NCBI GenBank assembly: GCA_965644495.1
Contig: CBFFSA010000015.1
Span: 248,001 to 312,000 of the forward strand
DNA from: Perkinsela sp. CCAP 1560/9
Lineage: Eukaryota; Protista; Euglenozoa: Kinetoplastea
Reading direction: 5' to 3'
Length of the DNA: 64,000 nucleotides
A program made the position numbers and the translations under genes. Below, piece by piece: positions 53,440 to 64,000 of the stretch. How positions within the stretch are numbered: the stretch's first letter is position 1; every line of letters starts with the position of its first letter. The notes beneath the pieces were generated by a model. That model did no database searches. It was given only the letters and a program-made list of their open reading frames with translations, and had not been told where the DNA came from.

Positions 53440-55446
53440 TTAGTCTACCTCTTCAACCTTGGGTCCCGAGCTCGCCGGTGGGGCCGGGGCGGCTCCCCCG
53501 GCACCTGGGAATCCCTCCGGCATTCCTCCAGGAAATCCCCCGGGCATCCCACCGGGAAACCCTCCCGGGGCTGCACCCTCCGCCCCTGGGGCGCCTCCAC
53601 CCTGCTGGTACATCTTGGTCATGATGGGTGTGCATTTCTGCTCCAGCTCCTTCTGCCGCCCTTCGTACTCCTCCTTGCTCGCCTCCTGACTGGACTCAAG
53701 CCACTTGATGGTTTCCTCCACGGCATCGAGAAGGGTCTGCTTGTCGCCCGCGTCCAGCTTTCCCCCCACATTGGGGTCATTCGCGGTGTTCTTCATGCTG
53801 TACGCGTAGTTCTCGAGTCCGTTCTTCGCCTCGATACGCTCACGTTGCTTCCGGTCCTCCTCCTCGAACTTTGCGGACTCGTTCACCATGCGCTCGATCT
53901 CCTCCTTGCTGAGACGCCCCTTGTCGTTGGTGATGGTGATCTGGTTCTTCTTCCCCGTGCCCTTCTCCTCGGCGCTGACGTTCAGGATACCATTGGCATC
54001 GATGTCAAACGTGACTTCGATTTGTGGCACCCCGCGCGGCGCGGGTGGAATTCCCGAGAGATCGAATGTGCCGAGAAGGTGGCAGTCGCGTGTCATCGCG
54101 CGCTCACCCTCGAACACCTGGATATGCACCCCCGGTTGGTTGTCGCTGTACGTGGAGAAGGTCTGGCTCTTCTTGGTCGGGATCGTCGTGTTGCGCTTGA
54201 TCAGGGACGTCATGACACCCCCGGCGGTTTCGATACCCAACGTCAGCGGGGCGACATCCAGGAGAAGAAGTCCCTCCGTCTGCTTACTCTTCCCGCCGGT
54301 GAGGATGTAGGCTTGCACCGCGGCACCGTACGCCACAGCCTCGTCCGGGTTAATACTCTTGTTGAGTTCCTTTCCGCCAAAGAAGTCGGAGACGAGCTGC
54401 TGCACCTTGGGAATACGAGTCGAACCACCGACCAGAACCACGTCGTGCACCGTGCGCTTGTCGATCTTCGCATCCGTCAGGACTTGTTCCACCGGCTTGA
54501 GTGTGGAGCGGAAGAGGTCCGCGCAAAGCTCCTCGAATCGCGCACGGGTGATGCTCGTGTAGAAGTCAATCCCCTCAAAAAGAGAGTCAATCTCCACGGA
54601 ACTCTGAGCCGCGGAAGACAGAGTACGCTTGGCTCGCTCGCACGCGGTGCGAAGACGGCGTAGTGCTCGCTGGTTCTGCGACAGATCCTTCTTGTGCTTT
54701 CGCTTAAATTCCTCGACAAAGTGGTTCACGAGACGGTTGTCAAAGTCCTCACCACCGAGATGGGTGTCTCCCGCCGTGGCCTTGACCTCGAAGATTCCAC
54801 CATCGATGGTGAGCAGAGTGACGTCAAAGGTGCCGCCTCCGAGATCAAAGATGAGTACGTTCCGTTCTTGTTGGTCCGAGATCTTATCCAGGCCGTACGC
54901 AATCGCCGCCGCCGTGGGCTCGTTGATGATTCGAAGCACTTCCAGTCCGGCAATCGAGCCCGCGTCCTTCGTGGCCTGTCGTTGGGAGTCGTTGAAGTAC
55001 GCCGGGACGGTGACCACCGCCTTCTTGACCTCCTTACCGAGATATGCCTCCGCAATCTCCTTCATCTTAATCAACACCATGGAGCTAATCTCCTCCGGCG
55101 TGAAGGTCTTTGCCTCGCTCTTGTACTGGACCTCCATCACGGGCTTCTCGTCCCCCTGGGAACGTACCTTAAAGGGCCAGTGCTTCATGTCGCTCTGAAC
55201 AACGGAGTCGGAGATCTTACGCCCGATTAACCGCTTCGCATCAAACACACTGTTGGTCGGATTCATCGCTACCTGGTTCTTCGCGGCATCCCCAATCAGA
55301 CGTTCAGTGTCCGTGAAGGCCACGTAGGACGGAGTCGTGTAGTTCCCCTGGTCATTCGCAATGATTACCACACGCTCGTTCTGCCACACCCCAACACAGG
55401 AGTAGGTGGTCCCGAGATCGATACCAATAGCTCCTTCGTACGTCAT
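53440..55446 (-). CDS. HSP70: Cytosolic HSP70 copy 3
   Basis: Near-identical tandem copy. Confidence 0.99.
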   Translation of the reverse strand: MTYEGAIGIDLGTTYSCVGVWQNERVVIIANDQGNYTTPSYVAFTDTERLIGDAAKNQVAMNPTNSVFDAKRLIGRKISDSVVQSDMKHWPFKVRSQGDEKPVMEVQYKSEAKTFTPEEISSMVLIKMKEIAEAYLGKEVKKAVVTVPAYFNDSQRQATKDAGSIAGLEVLRIINEPTAAAIAYGLDKISDQQERNVLIFDLGGGTFDVTLLTIDGGIFEVKATAGDTHLGGEDFDNRLVNHFVEEFKRKHKKDLSQNQRALRRLRTACERAKRTLSSAAQSSVEIDSLFEGIDFYTSITRARFEELCADLFRSTLKPVEQVLTDAKIDKRTVHDVVLVGGSTRIPKVQQLVSDFFGGKELNKSINPDEAVAYGAAVQAYILTGGKSKQTEGLLLLDVAPLTLGIETAGGVMTSLIKRNTTIPTKKSQTFSTYSDNQPGVHIQVFEGERAMTRDCHLLGTFDLSGIPPAPRGVPQIEVTFDIDANGILNVSAEEKGTGKKNQITITNDKGRLSKEEIERMVNESAKFEEEDRKQRERIEAKNGLENYAYSMKNTANDPNVGGKLDAGDKQTLLDAVEETIKWLESSQEASKEEYEGRQKELEQKCTPIMTKMYQQGGGAPGAEGAAPGGFPGGMPGGFPGGMPEGFPGAGGAAPAPPASSGPKVEEVD

Positions 55447-55805
55447 CAAGTTAATAATAAAATGGAGAGATATGCAAAAGCAATGAAGCTATAGAATTAA
55501 CTACATTTGAATTCAAGTTCCAACTAACAGACGTAATAATGCCGTGATATTGGGCGCGTAGAGGTCTTTTTTAAAGAACATATTGAAGCTAAAGCGGTAA
55601 AAAACACGACGCACTCATTTGCTCCAAAGTTGTTAGAACCAAAGTACGCTAAACAAGGTCAAACTAAATTATTTTACCCCAATTTTCCGAATTACGCACA
55701 AATAATTGCGTGGTTTACATTGTTAAATAATTTATTTGTCAAATATGTGATCCGAAAAGAAAAAAGGAAAACAAGCAATCCGTTGGAGCAGTCCTAACCC
55801 TTGAA

Positions 55806-57812
55806 TTAGTCTACCTCTTCAACCTTGGGTCCCGAGCTCGCCGGTGGGGCCGGGGCGGCTCCCCCGGCACCTGGGAATCCCTCCGGCATTCCTCCAGGAA
55901 ATCCCCCGGGCATCCCACCGGGAAACCCTCCCGGGGCTGCACCCTCCGCCCCTGGGGCGCCTCCACCCTGCTGGTACATCTTGGTCATGATGGGTGTGCA
56001 TTTCTGCTCCAGCTCCTTCTGCCGCCCTTCGTACTCCTCCTTGCTCGCCTCCTGACTGGACTCAAGCCACTTGATGGTTTCCTCCACGGCATCGAGAAGG
56101 GTCTGCTTGTCGCCCGCGTCCAGCTTTCCCCCCACATTGGGGTCATTCGCGGTGTTCTTCATGCTGTACGCGTAGTTCTCGAGTCCGTTCTTCGCCTCGA
56201 TACGCTCACGTTGCTTCCGGTCCTCCTCCTCGAACTTTGCGGACTCGTTCACCATGCGCTCGATCTCCTCCTTGCTGAGACGCCCCTTGTCGTTGGTGAT
56301 GGTGATCTGGTTCTTCTTCCCCGTGCCCTTCTCCTCGGCGCTGACGTTCAGGATACCATTGGCATCGATGTCAAACGTGACTTCGATTTGTGGCACCCCG
56401 CGCGGCGCGGGTGGAATTCCCGAGAGATCGAATGTGCCGAGAAGGTGGCAGTCGCGTGTCATCGCGCGCTCACCCTCGAACACCTGGATATGCACCCCCG
56501 GTTGGTTGTCGCTGTACGTGGAGAAGGTCTGGCTCTTCTTGGTCGGGATCGTCGTGTTGCGCTTGATCAGGGACGTCATGACACCCCCGGCGGTTTCGAT
56601 ACCCAACGTCAGCGGGGCGACATCCAGGAGAAGAAGTCCCTCCGTCTGCTTACTCTTCCCGCCGGTGAGGATGTAGGCTTGCACCGCGGCACCGTACGCC
56701 ACAGCCTCGTCCGGGTTAATACTCTTGTTGAGTTCCTTTCCGCCAAAGAAGTCGGAGACGAGCTGCTGCACCTTGGGAATACGAGTCGAACCACCGACCA
56801 GAACCACGTCGTGCACCGTGCGCTTGTCGATCTTCGCATCCGTCAGGACTTGTTCCACCGGCTTGAGTGTGGAGCGGAAGAGGTCCGCGCAAAGCTCCTC
56901 GAATCGCGCACGGGTGATGCTCGTGTAGAAGTCAATCCCCTCAAAAAGAGAGTCAATCTCCACGGAACTCTGAGCCGCGGAAGACAGAGTACGCTTGGCT
57001 CGCTCGCACGCGGTGCGAAGACGGCGTAGTGCTCGCTGGTTCTGCGACAGATCCTTCTTGTGCTTTCGCTTAAATTCCTCGACAAAGTGGTTCACGAGAC
57101 GGTTGTCAAAGTCCTCACCACCGAGATGGGTGTCTCCCGCCGTGGCCTTGACCTCGAAGATTCCACCATCGATGGTGAGCAGAGTGACGTCAAAGGTGCC
57201 GCCTCCGAGATCAAAGATGAGTACGTTCCGTTCTTGTTGGTCCGAGATCTTATCCAGGCCGTACGCAATCGCCGCCGCCGTGGGCTCGTTGATGATTCGA
57301 AGCACTTCCAGTCCGGCAATCGAGCCCGCGTCCTTCGTGGCCTGTCGTTGGGAGTCGTTGAAGTACGCCGGGACGGTGACCACCGCCTTCTTGACCTCCT
57401 TACCGAGATATGCCTCCGCAATCTCCTTCATCTTAATCAACACCATGGAGCTAATCTCCTCCGGCGTGAAGGTCTTTGCCTCGCTCTTGTACTGGACCTC
57501 CATCACGGGCTTCTCGTCCCCCTGGGAACGTACCTTAAAGGGCCAGTGCTTCATGTCGCTCTGAACAACGGAGTCGGAGATCTTACGCCCGATTAACCGC
57601 TTCGCATCAAACACACTGTTGGTCGGATTCATCGCTACCTGGTTCTTCGCGGCATCCCCAATCAGACGTTCAGTGTCCGTGAAGGCCACGTAGGACGGAG
57701 TCGTGTAGTTCCCCTGGTCATTCGCAATGATTACCACACGCTCGTTCTGCCACACCCCAACACAGGAGTAGGTGGTCCCGAGATCGATACCAATAGCTCC
57801 TTCGTACGTCAT
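55806..57812 (-). CDS. HSP70: Cytosolic HSP70 copy 4
   Basis: Near-identical tandem copy. Confidence 0.99.
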   Translation of the reverse strand: MTYEGAIGIDLGTTYSCVGVWQNERVVIIANDQGNYTTPSYVAFTDTERLIGDAAKNQVAMNPTNSVFDAKRLIGRKISDSVVQSDMKHWPFKVRSQGDEKPVMEVQYKSEAKTFTPEEISSMVLIKMKEIAEAYLGKEVKKAVVTVPAYFNDSQRQATKDAGSIAGLEVLRIINEPTAAAIAYGLDKISDQQERNVLIFDLGGGTFDVTLLTIDGGIFEVKATAGDTHLGGEDFDNRLVNHFVEEFKRKHKKDLSQNQRALRRLRTACERAKRTLSSAAQSSVEIDSLFEGIDFYTSITRARFEELCADLFRSTLKPVEQVLTDAKIDKRTVHDVVLVGGSTRIPKVQQLVSDFFGGKELNKSINPDEAVAYGAAVQAYILTGGKSKQTEGLLLLDVAPLTLGIETAGGVMTSLIKRNTTIPTKKSQTFSTYSDNQPGVHIQVFEGERAMTRDCHLLGTFDLSGIPPAPRGVPQIEVTFDIDANGILNVSAEEKGTGKKNQITITNDKGRLSKEEIERMVNESAKFEEEDRKQRERIEAKNGLENYAYSMKNTANDPNVGGKLDAGDKQTLLDAVEETIKWLESSQEASKEEYEGRQKELEQKCTPIMTKMYQQGGGAPGAEGAAPGGFPGGMPGGFPGGMPEGFPGAGGAAPAPPASSGPKVEEVD

Positions 57813-58170
57813 CAAGTTAATAATAAAATGGAGAGATATGCAAAAGCAATGAAGCTATAGAATTAACTACATTTGAATTCAAGTTCCAACTAACAGACGT
57901 AATAATGCCGTGATATTGGGCGCGTAGAGGTCTTTTTTAAAGAACATATTGAAGCCAAAGCGGTAAAAAACACGACGCACTCATTTGCTCCAAAGTTGTT
58001 AGAACCAAAGTACGCTAAACAAGGTCAAACTAAATTATTTTACCCCAATTTTCCGAATTACGCACAAATAATTGCGTGGTTTACATTGTTAAATAATTTA
58101 TTTGTCAAATATGTGATCCGAAAAGAAAAAAGGAAAACAAGCAATCCGTTGGAGCAGTCCTGCCCTTGAA

Positions 58171-60177
58171 TTAGTCTACCTCTTCAACCTTGGGTCCCGA
58201 GCTCGCCGGTGGGGCCGGGGCGGCTCCCCCGGCACCTGGGAATCCCTCCGGCATTCCTCCAGGAAATCCCCCGGGCATCCCACCGGGAAACCCTCCCGGG
58301 GCTGCACCCTCCGCCCCTGGGGCGCCTCCACCCTGCTGGTACATCTTGGTCATGATGGGTGTGCATTTCTGCTCCAGCTCCTTCTGCCGCCCTTCGTACT
58401 CCTCCTTGCTCGCCTCCTGACTGGACTCAAGCCACTTGATGGTTTCCTCCACGGCATCGAGAAGGGTCTGCTTGTCGCCCGCGTCCAGCTTTCCCCCCAC
58501 ATTGGGGTCATTCGCGGTGTTCTTCATGCTGTACGCGTAGTTCTCGAGTCCGTTCTTCGCCTCGATACGCTCACGTTGCTTCCGGTCCTCCTCCTCGAAC
58601 TTTGCGGACTCGTTCACCATGCGCTCGATCTCCTCCTTGCTGAGACGCCCCTTGTCGTTGGTGATGGTGATCTGGTTCTTCTTCCCCGTGCCCTTCTCCT
58701 CGGCGCTGACGTTCAGGATACCATTGGCATCGATGTCAAACGTGACTTCGATTTGTGGCACCCCGCGCGGCGCGGGTGGAATTCCCGAGAGATCGAATGT
58801 GCCGAGAAGGTGGCAGTCGCGTGTCATCGCGCGCTCACCCTCGAACACCTGGATATGCACCCCCGGTTGGTTGTCGCTGTACGTGGAGAAGGTCTGGCTC
58901 TTCTTGGTCGGGATCGTCGTGTTGCGCTTGATCAGGGACGTCATGACACCCCCGGCGGTTTCGATACCCAACGTCAGCGGGGCGACATCCAGGAGAAGAA
59001 GTCCCTCCGTCTGCTTACTCTTCCCGCCGGTGAGGATGTAGGCTTGCACCGCGGCACCGTACGCCACAGCCTCGTCCGGGTTAATACTCTTGTTGAGTTC
59101 CTTTCCGCCAAAGAAGTCGGAGACGAGCTGCTGCACCTTGGGAATACGAGTCGAACCACCGACCAGAACCACGTCGTGCACCGTGCGCTTGTCGATCTTC
59201 GCATCCGTCAGGACTTGTTCCACCGGCTTGAGTGTGGAGCGGAAGAGGTCCGCGCAAAGCTCCTCGAATCGCGCACGGGTGATGCTCGTGTAGAAGTCAA
59301 TCCCCTCAAAAAGAGAGTCAATCTCCACGGAACTCTGAGCCGCGGAAGACAGAGTACGCTTGGCTCGCTCGCACGCGGTGCGAAGACGGCGTAGTGCTCG
59401 CTGGTTCTGCGACAGATCCTTCTTGTGCTTTCGCTTAAATTCCTCGACAAAGTGGTTCACGAGACGGTTGTCAAAGTCCTCACCACCGAGATGGGTGTCT
59501 CCCGCCGTGGCCTTGACCTCGAAGATTCCACCATCGATGGTGAGCAGAGTGACGTCAAAGGTGCCGCCTCCGAGATCAAAGATGAGTACGTTCCGTTCTT
59601 GTTGGTCCGAGATCTTATCCAGGCCGTACGCAATCGCCGCCGCCGTGGGCTCGTTGATGATTCGAAGCACTTCCAGTCCGGCAATCGAGCCCGCGTCCTT
59701 CGTGGCCTGTCGTTGGGAGTCGTTGAAGTACGCCGGGACGGTGACCACCGCCTTCTTGACCTCCTTACCGAGATATGCCTCCGCAATCTCCTTCATCTTA
59801 ATCAACACCATGGAGCTAATCTCCTCCGGCGTGAAGGTCTTTGCCTCGCTCTTGTACTGGACCTCCATCACGGGCTTCTCGTCCCCCTGGGAACGTACCT
59901 TAAAGGGCCAGTGCTTCATGTCGCTCTGAACAACGGAGTCGGAGATCTTACGCCCGATTAACCGCTTCGCATCAAACACACTGTTGGTCGGATTCATCGC
60001 TACCTGGTTCTTCGCGGCATCCCCAATCAGACGTTCAGTGTCCGTGAAGGCCACGTAGGACGGAGTCGTGTAGTTCCCCTGGTCATTCGCAATGATTACC
60101 ACACGCTCGTTCTGCCACACCCCAACACAGGAGTAGGTGGTCCCGAGATCGATACCAATAGCTCCTTCGTACGTCAT
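58171..60177 (-). CDS. HSP70: Cytosolic HSP70 copy 5
   Basis: Near-identical tandem copy. Confidence 0.99.
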   Translation of the reverse strand: MTYEGAIGIDLGTTYSCVGVWQNERVVIIANDQGNYTTPSYVAFTDTERLIGDAAKNQVAMNPTNSVFDAKRLIGRKISDSVVQSDMKHWPFKVRSQGDEKPVMEVQYKSEAKTFTPEEISSMVLIKMKEIAEAYLGKEVKKAVVTVPAYFNDSQRQATKDAGSIAGLEVLRIINEPTAAAIAYGLDKISDQQERNVLIFDLGGGTFDVTLLTIDGGIFEVKATAGDTHLGGEDFDNRLVNHFVEEFKRKHKKDLSQNQRALRRLRTACERAKRTLSSAAQSSVEIDSLFEGIDFYTSITRARFEELCADLFRSTLKPVEQVLTDAKIDKRTVHDVVLVGGSTRIPKVQQLVSDFFGGKELNKSINPDEAVAYGAAVQAYILTGGKSKQTEGLLLLDVAPLTLGIETAGGVMTSLIKRNTTIPTKKSQTFSTYSDNQPGVHIQVFEGERAMTRDCHLLGTFDLSGIPPAPRGVPQIEVTFDIDANGILNVSAEEKGTGKKNQITITNDKGRLSKEEIERMVNESAKFEEEDRKQRERIEAKNGLENYAYSMKNTANDPNVGGKLDAGDKQTLLDAVEETIKWLESSQEASKEEYEGRQKELEQKCTPIMTKMYQQGGGAPGAEGAAPGGFPGGMPGGFPGGMPEGFPGAGGAAPAPPASSGPKVEEVD

Positions 60178-60535
60178 CAAGTTAATAATAAAATGGAGAG
60201 ATATGCAAAAGCAATGAAGCTATAGAATTAACTACATTTGAATTCAAGTTCCAACTAACAGACGTAATAATGCCGTGATATTGGGCGCGTAGAGGTCTTT
60301 TTTAAAGAACATATTGAAGCCAAAGCGGTAAAAAACACGACGCACTCATTTGCTCCAAAGTTGTTAGAACCAAAGTACGCTAAACAAGGTCAAACTAAAT
60401 TATTTTACCCCAATTTTCCGAATTACGCACAAATAATTGCGTGGTTTACATTGTTAAATAATTTATTTGTCAAATATGTGATCCGAAAAGAAAAAAGGAA
60501 AACAAGCAATCCGTTGGAGCAGTCCTGCCCTTGAA

Positions 60536-62542
60536 TTAGTCTACCTCTTCAACCTTGGGTCCCGAGCTCGCCGGTGGGGCTGGGGCGGCTCCCCCGGCAC
60601 CTGGGAATCCCTCCGGCATTCCTCCAGGAAATCCCCCGGGCATCCCACCGGGAAACCCTCCCGGGGCTGCACCCTCCGCCCCTGGGGCGCCTCCACCCTG
60701 CTGGTACATCTTGGTCATGATGGGTGTGCATTTCTGCTCCAGCTCCTTCTGCCGCCCTTCGTACTCCTCCTTGCTCGCCTCCTGACTGGACTCAAGCCAC
60801 TTGATGGTTTCCTCCACGGCATCGAGAAGGGTCTGCTTGTCGCCCTCGTCCAGCTTTCCCCCCACATTGGGGTCATTCGCGGTGTTCTTCATGCTGTACG
60901 CGTAGTTCTCGAGTCCGTTCTTCGCCTCGATACGCTCACGTTGCTTCCGGTCCTCCTCCTCGAACTTTGCGGACTCGTTCACCATGCGCTCGATCTCCTC
61001 CTTGCTGAGACGCCCCTTGTCGTTGGTGATGGTGATCTGGTTCTTCTTCCCCGTGCCCTTCTCCTCGGCGCTGACGTTCAGGATACCATTGGCATCGATG
61101 TCAAACGTGACTTCGATTTGTGGCACCCCGCGCGGCGCGGGTGGAATTCCCGAGAGATCGAATGTGCCGAGAAGGTGGCAGTCGCGTGTCATCGCGCGCT
61201 CACCCTCGAACACCTGGATATGCACCCCCGGTTGGTTGTCGCTGTACGTGGAGAAGGTCTGGCTCTTCTTGGTCGGGATCGTCGTGTTGCGCTTGATCAG
61301 GGACGTCATGACACCCCCGGCGGTTTCGATACCCAACGTCAGCGGGGCGACATCCAGGAGAAGAAGTCCCTCCGTCTGCTTACTCTTCCCGCCGGTGAGG
61401 ATGTAGGCTTGCACCGCGGCACCGTACGCCACAGCCTCGTCCGGGTTAATACTCTTGTTGAGTTCCTTTCCGCCAAAGAAGTCGGAGACGAGCTGCTGCA
61501 CCTTGGGAATACGAGTCGAACCACCGACCAGAACCACGTCGTGCACCGTGCGCTTGTCGATCTTCGCATCCGTCAGGACTTGTTCCACCGGCTTGAGTGT
61601 GGAGCGGAAGAGGTCCGCGCAAAGCTCCTCGAATCGCGCACGGGTGATGCTCGTGTAGAAGTCAATCCCCTCAAAAAGAGAGTCAATCTCCACGGAACTC
61701 TGAGCCGCGGAAGACAGAGTACGCTTGGCTCGCTCGCACGCGGTGCGAAGACGGCGTAGTGCTCGCTGGTTCTGCGACAGATCCTTCTTGTGCTTTCGCT
61801 TAAATTCCTCGACAAAGTGGTTCACGAGACGGTTGTCAAAGTCCTCACCACCGAGATGGGTGTCTCCCGCCGTGGCCTTGACCTCGAAGATTCCACCATC
61901 GATGGTGAGCAGAGTGACGTCAAAGGTGCCGCCTCCGAGATCAAAGATGAGTACGTTCCGTTCTTGTTGGTCCGAGATCTTATCCAGGCCGTACGCAATC
62001 GCCGCCGCCGTGGGCTCGTTGATGATTCGAAGCACTTCCAGTCCGGCAATCGAGCCCGCGTCCTTCGTGGCCTGTCGTTGGGAGTCGTTGAAGTACGCCG
62101 GGACGGTGACCACCGCCTTCTTGACCTCCTTACCGAGATATGCCTCCGCAATCTCCTTCATCTTAATCAACACCATGGAGCTAATCTCCTCCGGCGTGAA
62201 GGTCTTTGCCTCGCTCTTGTACTGGACCTCCATCACGGGCTTCTCGTCCCCCTGGGAACGTACCTTAAAGGGCCAGTGCTTCATGTCGCTCTGAACAACG
62301 GAGTCGGAGATCTTACGCCCGATTAACCGCTTCGCATCAAACACACTGTTGGTCGGATTCATCGCTACCTGGTTCTTCGCGGCATCCCCAATCAGACGTT
62401 CAGTGTCCGTGAAGGCCACGTAGGACGGAGTCGTGTAGTTCCCCTGGTCATTCGCAATGATTACCACACGCTCGTTCTGCCACACCCCAACACAGGAGTA
62501 GGTGGTCCCGAGATCGATACCAATAGCTCCTTCGTACGTCAT
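60536..62542 (-). CDS. HSP70: Cytosolic HSP70 copy 6 (LDEGD variant)
   Basis: Near-identical tandem copy. Confidence 0.99.
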   Translation of the reverse strand: MTYEGAIGIDLGTTYSCVGVWQNERVVIIANDQGNYTTPSYVAFTDTERLIGDAAKNQVAMNPTNSVFDAKRLIGRKISDSVVQSDMKHWPFKVRSQGDEKPVMEVQYKSEAKTFTPEEISSMVLIKMKEIAEAYLGKEVKKAVVTVPAYFNDSQRQATKDAGSIAGLEVLRIINEPTAAAIAYGLDKISDQQERNVLIFDLGGGTFDVTLLTIDGGIFEVKATAGDTHLGGEDFDNRLVNHFVEEFKRKHKKDLSQNQRALRRLRTACERAKRTLSSAAQSSVEIDSLFEGIDFYTSITRARFEELCADLFRSTLKPVEQVLTDAKIDKRTVHDVVLVGGSTRIPKVQQLVSDFFGGKELNKSINPDEAVAYGAAVQAYILTGGKSKQTEGLLLLDVAPLTLGIETAGGVMTSLIKRNTTIPTKKSQTFSTYSDNQPGVHIQVFEGERAMTRDCHLLGTFDLSGIPPAPRGVPQIEVTFDIDANGILNVSAEEKGTGKKNQITITNDKGRLSKEEIERMVNESAKFEEEDRKQRERIEAKNGLENYAYSMKNTANDPNVGGKLDEGDKQTLLDAVEETIKWLESSQEASKEEYEGRQKELEQKCTPIMTKMYQQGGGAPGAEGAAPGGFPGGMPGGFPGGMPEGFPGAGGAAPAPPASSGPKVEEVD

Positions 62543-62901
62543 CAAGTTAATAATAAAATGGAGAGATATGCAAAAGCAATGAAGCTATAGAATTAACTAC
62601 ATTTGAATTCAAGTTCCAACTAACAGACGTAATAATGCCGTGATATTGGGCGCGTAGAGGTCTTTTTTAAAGAACATATTGAAGCCAAAGCGGTAAAAAA
62701 CACGACGCACTCATTTGCTCCAAAGTTGTTAGAACCAAAGTACGCTAAACAAGGTCAAACTAAATTATTTTACCCCAATTTTCCGAATTACGCACAAATA
62801 ATTGCGTGGTTTACATTGTTAAATAATTTATTTGTCAAATATGTGATCCGAAAAGAAAAAAGGAAAACAAGCAATCCGTTGGAGCAGTCCTAACCCTTGA
62901 A

Positions 62902-64000
62902 TTAGTCTACCTCTTCAACCTTGGGTCCCGAGCTCGCCGGTGGGGCCGGGGCGGCTCCCCCGGCACCTGGGAATCCCTCCGGCATTCCTCCAGGAAATCC
63001 CCCGGGCATCCCACCGGGAAACCCTCCCGGGGCTGCACCCTCCGCCCCTGGGGCGCCTCCACCCTGCTGGTACATCTTGGTCATGATGGGTGTGCATTTC
63101 TGCTCCAGCTCCTTCTGCCGCCCTTCGTACTCCTCCTTGCTCGCCTCCTGACTGGACTCAAGCCACTTGATGGTTTCCTCCACGGCATCGAGAAGGGTCT
63201 GCTTGTCGCCCGCGTCCAGCTTTCCCCCCACATTGGGGTCATTCGCGGTGTTCTTCATGCTGTACGCGTAGTTCTCGAGTCCGTTCTTCGCCTCGATACG
63301 CTCACGTTGCTTCCGGTCCTCCTCCTCGAACTTTGCGGACTCGTTCACCATGCGCTCGATCTCCTCCTTGCTGAGACGCCCCTTGTCGTTGGTGATGGTG
63401 ATCTGGTTCTTCTTCCCCGTGCCCTTCTCCTCGGCGCTGACGTTCAGGATACCATTGGCATCGATGTCAAACGTGACTTCGATTTGTGGCACCCCGCGCG
63501 GCGCGGGTGGAATTCCCGAGAGATCGAATGTGCCGAGAAGGTGGCAGTCGCGTGTCATCGCGCGCTCACCCTCGAACACCTGGATATGCACCCCCGGTTG
63601 GTTGTCGCTGTACGTGGAGAAGGTCTGGCTCTTCTTGGTCGGGATCGTCGTGTTGCGCTTGATCAGGGACGTCATGACACCCCCGGCGGTTTCGATACCC
63701 AACGTCAGCGGGGCGACATCCAGGAGAAGAAGTCCCTCCGTCTGCTTACTCTTCCCGCCGGTGAGGATGTAGGCTTGCACCGCGGCACCGTACGCCACAG
63801 CCTCGTCCGGGTTAATACTCTTGTTGAGTTCCTTTCCGCCAAAGAAGTCGGAGACGAGCTGCTGCACCTTGGGAATACGAGTCGAACCACCGACCAGAAC
63901 CACGTCGTGCACCGTGCGCTTGTCGATCTTCGCATCCGTCAGGACTTGTTCCACCGGCTTGAGTGTGGAGCGGAAGAGGTCCGCGCAAAGCTCCTCGAAT
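62902..64000 (-). CDS. HSP70: Cytosolic HSP70 copy 7, partial (5' end beyond window)
   Basis: C-terminal part matches the other copies. Confidence 0.97.
   Translation of the reverse strand, partial: FEELCADLFRSTLKPVEQVLTDAKIDKRTVHDVVLVGGSTRIPKVQQLVSDFFGGKELNKSINPDEAVAYGAAVQAYILTGGKSKQTEGLLLLDVAPLTLGIETAGGVMTSLIKRNTTIPTKKSQTFSTYSDNQPGVHIQVFEGERAMTRDCHLLGTFDLSGIPPAPRGVPQIEVTFDIDANGILNVSAEEKGTGKKNQITITNDKGRLSKEEIERMVNESAKFEEEDRKQRERIEAKNGLENYAYSMKNTANDPNVGGKLDAGDKQTLLDAVEETIKWLESSQEASKEEYEGRQKELEQKCTPIMTKMYQQGGGAPGAEGAAPGGFPGGMPGGFPGGMPEGFPGAGGAAPAPPASSGPKVEEVD

Larger units (their letters stand above)
48671..64000. repeat. Tandem HSP70 array, unit 2365-2366 bp
   Basis: Stops at 48709, 51074, 53440, 55806, 58171, 60536 and 62902. 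Confidence 0.98.

Noticed and set aside
48722-63935. Repeated antisense and alternate-frame ORFs (272, 189, 178, 140 aa) over HSP70
   Set aside because: Shadow ORFs caused by GC-rich third codon positions in HSP70.

Overview
Eukaryotic DNA with kinetoplastid organisation. Every credible host gene is intronless and on the minus strand (one polycistronic-type unit), the HSP70s are cytosolic ([12 protein letters not shown]...EEVD), and there are KAP-like HMG-box proteins. A Perkinsela-like (Prokinetoplastina) origin is my inference, not proven. Host genes: Plus3-RING, LRR, MoxR-like pseudo-ATPase, 2 KAP-like genes plus 1 truncated copy, split LMW-PTP/ArsC-like protein, WD40, ISU1, DnaJ, AT-hook protein, Alba, coiled-coil, Maf, ESF1, ferredoxin, NAT10, and at least 7 tandem HSP70s. 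Five repeat islands interrupt the unit (about 3.0-4.8, 7.35-14.35, 16.9-19.85, 26.55-27.35 and 36.8-41.8 kb). They hold nested TA-flanked TIR elements and remnants of hAT, Merlin/ISXO2, CRE-like and HERO/NeSL-like RLE retrotransposons and a DIRS/TATE-like RNase H. Best novelty candidates: (1) a tRNA-headed, poly(T)-terminated ~415 nt RNA with a group I ribozyme-like core (39.62-40.04 kb); (2) three divergent but co-varying GGGAGATAC foldback palindromes; (3) a ~470 nt GC-rich multibranched structured region downstream of Alba. All domain and RNA-structure calls are by-eye motif recognition; no searches were run.
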